Source: Catajapyx aquilonaris | Lineage: Eukaryota | Direction of reading: 5' to 3' | DNA: 41,780 nt | NCBI GenBank assembly: GCA_000934665.2 | Contig: JYFJ02003446.1 | Location: 1-41,780 of the forward strand | Part shown: positions 1-10,058 of the stretch, in pieces | Numbering within the stretch: the first letter of the stretch is position 1 | How the letters are laid out: every line of letters starts with the position of its first letter | The notes under the pieces: generated by a model | What the model saw: the letters and a program-made list of their open reading frames with translations, nothing else | What the model was told of the DNA's origin: nothing | The model's database searches: none | Program-made: the position numbers and the translations under genes

Positions 1-94
1 GCGTTTCCGGACACGGTTTCCTATGTCAAAAATGTTTGTCTTGGTCCCCTCTATTACCCCTAGAAGTTTGTAAAGTTAGGTCGTAAACACCCTG
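1..94. mobile_element. Right end of a Tc1/mariner-type MITE, same family as 29242-29746, cut off by the window edge
   Basis: 1-70 closely matches 29651-29722; ends ...CACCCTG followed by TA (95-96). Confidence 0.8.
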
Positions 95-96
95 TA

Positions 97-536
97 TGAT
101 ACCCAAAAATGAAATATTTCGTGCGGAGGCCCATATTTGTAAAAGTTATGACGTCTTAAAGTTCCAAAAATAATACATTTTCATTCACAACGGGATTACA
201 TTAGCGACCACATATAGTGATATTGAAGTGTGTCACGAGTTTCTACACTTTTTCTCATAGAAAAAAAGTCCTACAGAACGGCTCTGTCCGTCTGTCCGTC
301 TGTGGACAGATATCAAGGCCTAAACAGTAAGAGATATACAGAGCCGTTACGTAGGACTTTTTTTTCCTATGAGACAAAGTGTAGAAACTGATTACACACT
401 TCAATGTGGTCTTATATGTGGTCGCTAATGTAATCCCATTATGAACTCAATGAAAATGTGTTTTTTTTTAACTTTAAGACGTCATAACTTTTGCAAATAT
501 GGGCCTCCGCATGAAATATTCCATTTTTGGGTATCA
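97..536. mobile_element. Foldback MITE with ~180-bp inverted arms around a DINE-1/HINE-like GTCY core
   Basis: 95-~275 is the near reverse complement of ~350-538; TA on both flanks; central GTCCGTCTGTCCGTCTGTGGACAG also occurs at ~13800 and ~14800. Confidence 0.8.
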
Positions 537-870
537 TATATTGTCCTGTATTAGCATGTTAAACATCAAGATCCGTCATTATCCCCCTGTGACCTTCCCC
601 TGTGAGTATACTGTGCACTGGGCCAAGAGTAATCTTCCTCTCTTTACTAGCGCATATGCTGTGTAAGTCACACGTTACACGTGGGGATCTATCCATGGGA
701 ATGCGCATGGGCTACTTGAACCCAATCCATCACGTTTTACCCTGCCCCGTTGTTGGAGGTGTTCTATTAGACTTGGCAAGTGTATATCATCATGTACAAG
801 GCAACCGAAAGAGCTCGTGACTATAAATAGTGTTGTGAAGTCATGCATTATGCCTTACTCAGAAACTTAC

Positions 871-938
871 CTTCTACAAAGGTTAGTTCATCCTGAATTT
901 CGCTGTTGCTGACTTCAAAAGAACTATTCATTGCAGAT
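871..938 (-). CDS. Probable early coding exon of a minus-strand gene continuing left of the window (SAMNSSFEVSNSEIQDELTFVE); product unknown
   Basis: Acceptor ccttttcttctttcAG, donor AG|GTAAGT, open frame with an ATG; 68 nt, phase 2 in and phase 1 out. Confidence 0.55.
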
Positions 939-1074
939 CTGAAAGAAGAAAAGGCATTTTCAGTGGGGATGCACCATGCACTTGGTATCATAGTCTCCAT
1001 TATCAGTTTGAATACACATATTGAATCCATGTTGTAAAATAAATACATAAAATTCAAAAAAATCCAATAAATTC

Positions 1075-1258
1075 TTATTACAGTACTGTTACAACTATCC
1101 TATATTGTTAATTGTTGTTGTCTAATATGTAGCCTACTGTATAATTCTCAAATTAAACTTATCGCAGGTGTATACGTACTCGAACGAGGTATGTTTTTAA
1201 CATATGTATTACATAGGGTTCGGTTTATCCGCGGGTTTCACCTTTCCGTGGAGGGGTG
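1075..1258 (+). mobile_element. 3' remnant of a pogo/Tigger (MER44/Tigger7-like) DNA transposon
   Basis: TTATTACAGTA...AAATTAAACTTTATC...ATAGGGTTCGGTTTATCCGCGGGTTTCA resembles my recollection of the MER44/Tigger7 right end; outermost TIR missing. Confidence 0.55.
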
Positions 1259-1351
1259 GGGTGGGGATGGGGGCGCTTTGAACCAATACTGCGGTTGGCC
1301 GGGACTAACTGCAGTGGCTTCCTCCAGAAAGCACTATTAAAACCGAGGTTT

Positions 1352-1636
1352 GGTTTGGTTTGGTTTATTTGGAAGAAGCCAAAGCAACTGTGGCTATCTG
1401 GCTGTAAGAAGAAGCAAAGGTGGGACAGATGGAGGGAGAAACGAAGAGGAAAAAGAAGAGAGGAAAGACTGGCATCTCTCTTAGTCTGTCTCCTATCCCA
1501 AAGACCTGTCCGGCTTGGGTGGCCCTACCAGTAGACGAAGCTACCGCCGGCATAGCTCTTGGGGTCATGGGAGAAACGCAAACCCCACCACCACGATAAG
1601 GTGGAGATACCATCGGGGAGATACCATCGGGGGGGT
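1352..1636 (-). mobile_element. Short non-autonomous retroposon derived from an RTE-clade LINE (RTE-like 5' UTR plus (AAACC)n tail)
   Basis: 12-bp TSD AAACCGAGGTTT (1340-1351, 1637-1648); minus-strand CCACCTTATCGTGGTGGTGGGGTTTGCG...GGTAGGGCCACCCAAGCCGGACAGGTC resembles Expander/Rex3/BovB 5' ends; tandem AAACC tail. Confidence 0.75.
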
Positions 1637-1695
1637 AAACCGAGGTTTAAATCTAGGTCTGACTCTGATTGCGATACCAAATCATACGAGTAATG

Positions 1696-2059
1696 GGAAG
1701 GTGTGGTGGCCGAGATGGTAACGTCTCGGCTTGCTGAGTTAAAGGTCCCAGGTTCGATGCTTCAATCCCCGCCTGGGAGTTCCCTTTCACCTGCGTCGGC
1801 GAGGGTCTCGGGAGGTGTCTGGCTATGTAACCTCCTGACACATGACCCACACATAATGACAACGCACTTGCACCCGTGTCCCATCCCCAAAAATCCCTAT
1901 CCTGACCCAATGTCCTTGATTCCCTGCACCGGTGTTCGAAGAGAAAAATGGAAAATAATACTGAAAATATGGTGGTGTCCCACCCCCCCCTAAGAGAGCC
2001 AATGGCTCTAGCACGGGGTAGCAAAAAATAAACAAAACAACAAATATTTTTTTTAAAAC
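1696..2059 (+). mobile_element. tRNA-derived SINE, family A, copy 1
   Basis: A-box TGGCCGAGATGG, B-box GGTTCGAT, A-rich tail, TSD CATACGAGTAATG (1683-1695, 2060-2072); homologous to copies at 5286 and 27564. Confidence 0.9.
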
Positions 2060-2405
2060 CATACGAGTAATGAAGCTAGTGGTTTACAATTAGAACAAAA
2101 TTCAAGATAAAATATTATAATACAGTAATTAGTCCTTTCTAACACCGGAAATCGACAAAAAAAATGTTTCAAATCTGGAACTACTGATCGTAAAAATGAA
2201 CAAATTGTTGCTTCACCACCCAATTATTTCAGTGTTGACCATGAGTAAGTAACACAGGCGAGAGTCACTAAAAAATTCACATGTAGCCTACACTCCCTGG
2301 CATATCTGGACATCTATATTCTTTATTATTCAGGGGACCCAGGTCATTCCCCATGATGTCATTGGGTGGACTAGAGAGAGAACTTTGCCAATTGACAATC
2401 AATAT

Positions 2406-2659
2406 AATAATGGATACCCCGTGATATGCCTCCTTGAGCCTCTTAGGGGATCATCTTTTATTTAACCGACTTTAATAATTGTCTGCTCTGTGATGGATTT
2501 TGATTGTGGGAGAAAACGGGAGAACCCCGAGAAAACCCACGCGAACACGGAGAGAACCCATCGAAACTATATCCACATAAGTATCCTCCGTCCGACCCGG
2601 GGATCGAACTCGGGACCTCAGAGGTGGAAGGCTATGACCACTCCGCCACCCCATTGCCC
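2406..2659 (-). mobile_element. tRNA-derived SINE, family B, with a V-domain-like body
   Basis: Minus-strand A-box TGGCGGAGTGG and B-box GTTCGATCC; body TGTGGGAGAAAACGGGAGAACCCCGAGAAAACCCACGCGAACACGG resembles the V-SINE central domain; 15-bp TSD ATTGACAATCAATAT (2391-2405, 2660-2674). Confidence 0.85.
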
Positions 2660-2729
2660 ATTGACAATCAATATGAAAGGTGTCACATCATATTATACAC
2701 ATAATACTTCTGTACGTGTGTTTAGTTGC

Positions 2730-2730
<1 letters not shown>

Positions 2731-2772
<42 letters not shown>

Positions 2773-2793
2773 GTTGTTGTTGTTGTTGTTGTT
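2731..2793. repeat. Compound microsatellite (ATT)n(GTT)n
   Basis: Directly visible. Confidence 0.98.
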
Positions 2794-3017
2794 AACTTAT
2801 TTATTTCCACAGGAACCCAAGTACAGAATTGTTTTCTCATGAAAATTTTAAAAGTACTGTATATCCAACACAGGATTATTTCAATCAGTTAAAAAATCAT
2901 GCATTTGTTAGGTACAACATAATTATACTGTATATCTGCAGATTCACGAAGAAGCAAGAGGGAACTTTCTTTTTCGTTCTCCCCTAAAAATAAACAGACA
3001 AGTACAGTAAAAACAAA

Positions 3018-3585
3018 TACCGTCAAACGGGGTGAGATTGTGCCAGGTGGGGTGAGATCATGCCAGCGCATTTTTTGGGACACATCGTACCCTACTGGCA
3101 GCAGGCGTAAACTAGCGAATTTAGGAATATTCCATTGCATTGGTTGTCCATCACGAAGAGAAATCGCGATTCGTTGTGATAAAGCCTGTAAAATTACATT
3201 TTTGTTGAAGTTTTGATTTTCGTAAAGTTTTGCATTTGGTGGTATAGTATTGGTTTCCGTTACCAAGTAAGTTAATACTTCGATAACTATGTTACTGAAG
3301 GTAATAAATACGACTGGACGTTTTTAAATCTGCATTTGGTCTTGAACTACGACACAATCAGTTTAAAAAAGCAGTTGGGGGGGTGAGATTGTGCTTCGGT
3401 TTATCCCAATTATTTCTTAATTTTTATGTGTGACAGTGATGGGAAAGGTTTACGTGAAGATCGGTCGGAATCTTTGGCAGAAATCATGGCTAACATATCT
3501 GCGATGAAAAAAAGAGTAGAAAATTGGAATTGGAATAGTGAGGGGAAACTGGGAAAAACAGTGCCACAATCTCATCTCGTCAATT
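3018..3585. mobile_element. Degenerate TA-flanked DNA transposon/MITE remnant, possibly pogo-like
   Basis: TA+CCGTCAAACGGGGTGAGATTGTGCCA, with the motif repeated at ~3050 and ~3381 and a diverged inverted copy CCACAATCTCA at ~3564. Confidence 0.4.
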
Positions 3586-4554
3586 GCTCTTTTTAAAAAC
3601 AACAACAACAACAACAACCTCAATGCCATGTTTCAAAAACATCTCTGGTGGTTCTACCCGAATGCATGGGGAGAAAGACTGTGGCAAGACGAGCTCAGCA
3701 GAGCGGCTGGGATGGAACTATGGAAGAAGCGGGAGGCAGGTGTCTCAGGTGAAATATTACGGAAAGGTGCGGTGCGGGACATCTTTCATGAGCACCTAAG
3801 CCACAGCCTGAGATTCTAACGCCCACCTGATTAAGAGCATTAAGAGCAGTACATACACATTTCTCACACAGCACTATCGTCACCGCAACCATTTTCGTGC
3901 GACATTGTGAAGGTAACGTTCACAGTTGGGGTTTCGACCTTTCTCAGCCATACATTTCTAACTTACACTGTACAGTATTAGTTCCTCCAATACCCCTTAA
4001 TTCAGGGTTCAAGCTGGACCTAAACTTCCCGCCCATGCTCAGGTGAGTAACAGAATGGAAGACAGATACGGCAGAACNCCCCCTCTGTGTGTGTGTCATT
4101 ATTACTGTTCTTGTTTTACTAGCCCAAGGTAATTCCCCATGTAACCCCACATGTAACACTGTAAGCCTTTCTTTCTCCTGCACCCCATACCTTTCTCCGC
4201 TAGACTATTACTGCGCTACTATTGCCAATCGCTGTCACCAGGTACAAAATATTATTCATGAAAAATTGCCGTTGTATTGGCATATGATGAGAAATCACCG
4301 AGCTTGCAAAAAAAAAATTGACCCGTGGGTTGTCCAATTGAAACGAAATTTGGCCAGTCGGTTTAGTTCCTACGTCCCAGAAGAATACCCTTCACGCAGT
4401 TTTGTGATATACCGGTACCTCCCCCTTTAGGAGAAATGACCACCGAAAAAAACAACCTATTCAAAAAGGAGGATTTCATAAATCCGTAATATCTCGTGAA
4501 CAAATTGAGCTACAGAAGTCGGGGAACAGTCGGTTTGAAGGGATATTCATACTA

Positions 4555-5150
4555 CAGGGTGGCCACGAAGTAAGGGGCACAAGTTCGATGAGCAACAAGT
4601 CAATAATAAAATTTAATGAAAGCAAATAAAACTACTGCCAAGAAAACATGTATAGAGTCAGGAAAACATAATGAATACCGAATTTCCAACCTGGGTCAAC
4701 TTAGGTCAACTTGGGCACCATTCATGTAGATGCAAGCTTGAAGTCGTATTTTGCCCTTCTCTCATGCTATTATGCTGATCACTACAAGAATTGAATTAAA
4801 CTCCTCAATAATAACTTGGTGAAGATGAGTCACATCACGTTTTGAATGATTTGGCATGCTTGTACACTTGATTTTTTTTTACATGTTCGCAAAGGAAAAA
4901 GTCAGCTGGCGTAAGGTAAGGGGAGAGTATGGCCCATTTCTCAAAGTAAGGCCGCTTCAAGCTTGCATCGACATGAATGGTGTCCAAGTTGACATAAGTT
5001 GACCCAAGTTGGAAAATATGTATGCATTATGTTTTCCTGACTCTATATACATGCTCTCTTGTGGTTTTATATGCTTTCATTAAATTTTCTTATTGACTTA
5101 ATGGCTCATAATTTCATCAAACATGTGCCCCTTACTTCATGACCACCCTG
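4555..5150. mobile_element. Tc1/mariner-derived foldback MITE made of two right ends around a transposase C-terminal fragment
   Basis: TA|CAGGGTGG...CCACCCTG|TA; ~190-bp inverted arms; the interior on the minus strand encodes PYSPxLTPADFFL and RLQACIYMNGAQVD, typical Tc1/mariner C-terminal motifs. Confidence 0.85.
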
Positions 5151-5246
5151 TAGATGGTAGATGCACTATCTAATGTGAAGGTTATTATATATGCGACCAT
5201 TGGGTATCACAACAGTAAAATAATACAATACTTGCATACTATTATC

Positions 5247-5285
<39 letters not shown>
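5247..5285. repeat. (AAT)n microsatellite 5' of SINE A copy 2
   Basis: Directly visible. Confidence 0.98.
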
Positions 5286-5617
5286 GGGGAGGTGTGGTGG
5301 CCGTGATGGTAACGTCACGGCTTGCTGAGTGAAAGGCCCCAGGTTCGATCCCCGCCTGGGGAACTTTCCTGTCACCTGCGTCAGGAGGGTCTCTGACCTG
5401 CACCAAGGAGGTGTCTGGCAACCTAACCTCCTGGGGAACAGCACATGACCCCTTTACCGACCTTGCACTTGCACCAATGTTCCCTCCCCAAAAATCTCTA
5501 TCCCTACCCTACATCCTTGACTCCTTGCACCGGTGATGAAGTTAAAAGGAAAATTGGAGAGTAATGGTGGTATTCCACCCCCCTAAAAAGGCTAAGTCTT
5601 ATCACGGGGTAACGTAA
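5286..5617 (+). mobile_element. tRNA-derived SINE, family A, copy 2, embedded in (AAT)n
   Basis: A-box, B-box GGTTCGATCC; body and 3' tail align with copy 1. Confidence 0.9.

Positions 5618-5713
<96 letters not shown>
5618..5713. repeat. (AAT)n microsatellite
   Basis: Directly visible. Confidence 0.98.
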
Positions 5714-5850
5714 CCAACCACCCTGTACAGAAGCAGATGTCCAGAAGAGCAAGATTTATCCACACTCCTCCTTCTGTATCTCGTTCCAACGTAGACATCT
5801 CCCTCCACTCCACTCCACTCCCCTCCTCTCCCCTTTACACACACACACAC

Positions 5851-6117
5851 GTTATAAAGTGCTATCCTTGTGAGAGTCTGGCAAAAATAAAAATTTAAAA
5901 CTAACCTAACCTAACCTAACCTAACCTACCAAATACACACGAAATTTTGGTGACCTATTTTTTCACAGTAAAAAGGAGGTCTTGGTTTGATTTTCCGCCA
6001 TCCTTGTGAGGACTGTGTACATTATGAGGGCCTGAAAAAAGTCCTCGTAAGGTTTTCGGTCCTCACAAGGATAGGAAACTTGCGAAAAATATCCTCACAA
6101 GGATAGCAATGTCTGAT
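5851..6117. mobile_element. MITE inserted in (CA)n, with subterminal inverted repeats and an internal (CCTAA)n array
   Basis: TGCTATCCTTGTGAG (5860-5874) is inverted at CTCACAAGGATAGCA (6094-6108), with further internal copies; (CCTAA)~5 at 5901-5928; CA repeats on both sides. Confidence 0.75.
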
Positions 6118-7002
6118 CACACACCCACACACACACACACACACCCACACGTGCAATATTTACGTGACTGTAATGTGCAGCTTCAATCACTTGACAGCAT
6201 GTTTATGATTCTCCTCATTACTTCCACAACCAAGGTAATCATTGATCAAATATTAATATATTGGAAAATGGTGCTGTGTAAATTACTGTATTAAAATTTC
6301 AACATTTATTGATTTAACTCACCCAGTGCGATAGCTTCCCGACAGTATCATCGATAATGTACCACTATCGATGAATAAACTTTAACATGTGTCTATCTGT
6401 AATGTCTTGCAGCCGATGTAGCTAAATTAGCTACCCAGAAGGGACACATTTGACTCCTGACTACTGAAGAACTAAAAGTACTCCTCAATATCGTTATCAT
6501 CGTATAATAGGCTAGTAGTAAATCTGGTGTTGTCCGGGTCCTGTACACTACTTCCCACAACCCCATCTCGGATGCTACTGGGTAGGCCTACCAAGGCAGG
6601 ATACTGTGTGAATTTCAGATTTTAGTTCACAACAGTGGAAAGAATGTTAGCAAGTTCGACAGGTAATTTGTAGGCCAACTATTTTGCTTGGTCAGCTCAG
6701 ATTTTTGGTGAAAATGGTGCTTGATAGGGTGTACTGGAATGGTAGTACTGCAAACCAGGGGCACAGCTGAAATACTGTGGTCAAAATGCTGCGAATTTGA
6801 AAATTTTAAATGTCTCAAATGGCCACAGGAAAGAGCCTAAACCCTGAAAACAGTATTTATATTTGACATTGGCATATGACAACATATTTTTCGAGTCTCA
6901 CACTGCTGACTAAAATGGATATGATTACAATACACTATTCTTTTTGCACCAAGTGGCAACCTCTCGATATGGGGTATTGCAAAAGGATAACTCACCGAGT
7001 TA

Positions 7003-7703
7003 TGAGGGAGAATCAAAAAGTAATTGAGTAATTCTTAATTCACAGGTTTCACTAGAGAAACTGAAACTGTGATATACATATGAAAGTGCAAGTCTCTCTC
7101 TAATTTTAGACATAGTCGCCATACAATTTGGTGCATTTGTCCCATCACGACACGAGTTTTTCCATACCCCTGCAGAAAAAAGCGTCAGACTGGGTGGGAA
7201 TGTCGCTGAAGTTCTGAACTGCCAGGTGCTTCTTCATTGGTCCAAAGAGATGGTAGACCATGGGTAAAACAACCCTCTTTGGACCAAAAAAGAAGCAGCT
7301 GGCAGGTCAGAACTTCAGCGTGGGTGAGAAGCCAGTGAGGGATGATCTCTTTCACTTCCTAACATGTCACTGAGAAGCTAGTGCTTCTTTTTTGGTCCAA
7401 AGGGGTGGTTTTACCCATGGTATACCATCTCTTTGGACCAATGAAGAAGCACCTGGCAGTTCAGAACTTCAGCGAGATCGAGGAAGTGAAAGAGGCCATC
7501 CTCCACTGGCTTCCCACCCAGCCGGACGCTTGTTTCTGCAGGGAAAAACTCGTGTCCTGATGGGACAAATGCACCAAATTGTAAGGCGACTATGTCTAAA
7601 ATTAGATAAAGACTTGCACTTTCATATGTATATCTCAGTTTCAGTTTCTCTAGTGAAACCTCTGAATTTAAAAATTACTAAATTACTTTTTGATTCTCCT
7701 TCG
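7003..7703. mobile_element. Mariner-derived foldback element with a rearranged centre
   Basis: TA flanks; ~200-bp inverted arms starting (T/C)GA(G/A)GGAGAATCAAAAAGTAA; + strand encodes YHLFGPMKKHLAVQNFSEIEEVKEAILHWL...KLVS*WDKC..GDYV, a mariner transposase C-terminus. Confidence 0.9.
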
Positions 7704-8468
7704 TAATTAAATGACAGTTTTAGTGTAGAATATTTCTCAAAAATGATTGGGCACCATTTACCAGTGTCATAAAAATATACACAAATGATTTCAAGTTCCT
7801 GGAGCCTATTGTGGCCATTTGAAACAAATAAATTCAACATTCGTCAGTCAACTTCATGCAGACATGGTTACAAATATTATTAGTCAATGACCAAATATGA
7901 TTGAAATCTGGAGAAGTATCATCTATCACATGCCACATTGCTGGCAAAAGATTGGCAGGAGTGACACAAGAAGATATTAAGAACGGGACCTCCCAGCTCT
8001 GGGCCCAGAGAGTAATATTTATGTCAACATGTTCAATAGAATAAGAGGTGCCTGTTGGTTCATTAAAAGCATTCAAATGGTCACATATTGTTTGCATTAA
8101 TTGCAACTACAAATTTTTAGTGTCATAGAGCACGATGTGATTTTATCACGCACATTTCTGGCTTGCCGTCGATACATTCGCGAAGTAATTCGGATTATAA
8201 ACGGCCAAGATAACAGAGGTGTGCAATTAACTTAAATATAATTACACAAATAGTGTTTTCTAAGTTTCAAATGTATCATTAGATAGCCAAAGATTTGCAC
8301 TATCCAGGGTTCACAGGGAGATTTTTTTTTTTTTTTTTGCCTCGAGAAGTGTCATAAAAAATTCATTTTGCGGCGTAACGTCGGCAACTAGTCAAAAAAT
8401 GACACCTTTCCGTGTTATTCTTACGATAAAAAAATACACAATGAAGATAGGTAAACAACTCTCATATA

Positions 8469-10058
8469 TGGGTGATTCTCCAAAAACTTACCATTTTCAA
8501 AGCAAGAATTAATGAATTTCAAAACTAGTTTTTAAAATCTGGAAAAATTCTCACTTACTCTATATGAGGTCACAAATCAGGGAAAAATATGGAGAACTAA
8601 TTCTGATATTCTAATGCCAGGAGAGTGAATATTTCCAGGAGTTCGGGAGCCAGAAGAATGACCTATGCATGCAATAGGATTAATATCACGGTCCAGAACA
8701 AACGTTGTCTATGGAGATTTCGGTGGGTTCAAGAAGACCCTTCATTCCATGGAACCACAGTTATTTCAAAACATTTAAGCTATTATGTGACATAGAAAAA
8801 TGAGCCAGGAGTGTGAACTTTTTATTTCCGGGCGAAAAATGACCTTTGGATGCATTAGGATTAAAGGGACACTCCACTCAAAATACAAGTTGGCCCCCAA
8901 AAATCGGGCAAAAAAATACGATTACAACGACACCGATAATTATTTTTTCCGATGAACGATGAGCCCAGGGGAACCGGTTAATTATGCGTATTTTGGCGAT
9001 ACGGTTGCAACCGTATGCTACTGTTCACGACACCCTCGCCGCCTGGCGGCAGGAATGGGAAATGGAGGAGACGCATGGCTCTGCCCGCGAATTCAAACCG
9101 GAACGTATTCGAACCGTATGCAACTGTTCACGACACCTGCGCCACCTGTTGTTGATCTTCTCCTCTACTTCTCCGGCTTGCCGCGGGATGGTGTTGAATC
9201 ACCCTTCTTAGCAGACGACGTGTGTAGATATATTATTTTCCGTGTTACCGTTGGGCGTAGCAAAAAACCGATTGCACATTCGGAATCATGATTTTTTGCC
9301 CGATTTTTGGGGGCCAACTTGTATTTTGAGTGGAGTGTCCCTATTATCACGGTCAAGAACGAACGTTGACTCTGGAAATTTCTGTGGGTTCAAGAAGACC
9401 CTTCATGCTATGGAATCATGGTTATTTCAAAACATTTAAGCTATTTTATGACATAGAAAAATGAGCCAGGAGTGTGAACTTTTTATTTCCGGGAGTTTGG
9501 GAGCCAGAAGAATGGCCTTTGGATGCATTAGGATTAATATCACGGTCCAGAACAAACGTTGTCTATGGAGATTTCGGTGGGTTCAGGAAGACCCTTCATT
9601 CCATGGAATCACAGTTATTTCAAAATATTTAAGCTATTTTGTGACATAGAAAAATGAGCCAGGAGTGTGAACTTTTTATTTCCGGGAAAACTCGGGACAC
9701 ACTTTGGAGTGATGCAGCAAGGTCATGTCAAATTAATAAATCGTTTTAAAAATGTTGTTTTATACCTGCAACTGTGTACAATTTCATTATAGTATTGAAA
9801 CTTGTCTAATGTTAATAATAAAATTGTAAGAAAATATAGCATGCTTTAAAAAGAGATCGGGACATGCCAAGAATAGTGATTTTAGGCCCTTTGACATTTT
9901 TTGCAGTAAAACTTAATTTAATATTTTCTTTGTTTTCATGGGGATGGCTAGGTGTCAACTGCTTCTCCAAATGTTTAAAAAATCAACTCTCTCAGTCAAG
10001 CCATTTTTGAGTTATTATGCTGGGACATGGTATTGGTAAGTTTTTGGAGAATCACCCA
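8469..10058. mobile_element. Non-autonomous TIR element carrying an internal ~193-bp tandem repeat array
   Basis: Perfect 25-bp TIR TGGGTGATTCTCCAAAAACTTACCA (8469-8493, 10034-10058) with TA flanks; repeat units start at ~8614, 8800, 9461 and 9654. Confidence 0.85.
8865..9342. mobile_element. Kolobok-like non-autonomous DNA transposon nested in a tandem-repeat unit
   Basis: ~50-bp perfect TIR AGGGACACTCCACTCAAAATACAAGTTGGCCCCCAAAAATCGGGCAAAAAA; inserted at TTAA (8861-8864) of the unit sequence GGATTAATATCACGG; right TSD degenerate. Confidence 0.8.

Noticed and set aside
1696..1780. SINE heads as genuine tRNA genes
   Set aside because: No acceptor stem or proper cloverleaf; they are followed by SINE body, tail and TSD
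4078..4078. Single N base
   Set aside because: Assembly ambiguity, not biology; continuity across it is slightly uncertain
5901..5928. True telomere or chromosome fusion site
   Set aside because: Only about 5 units, inside a MITE
8614..9690. Repeat array as CRISPR
   Set aside because: Eukaryotic context; ~193-bp contiguous units with no unique spacers
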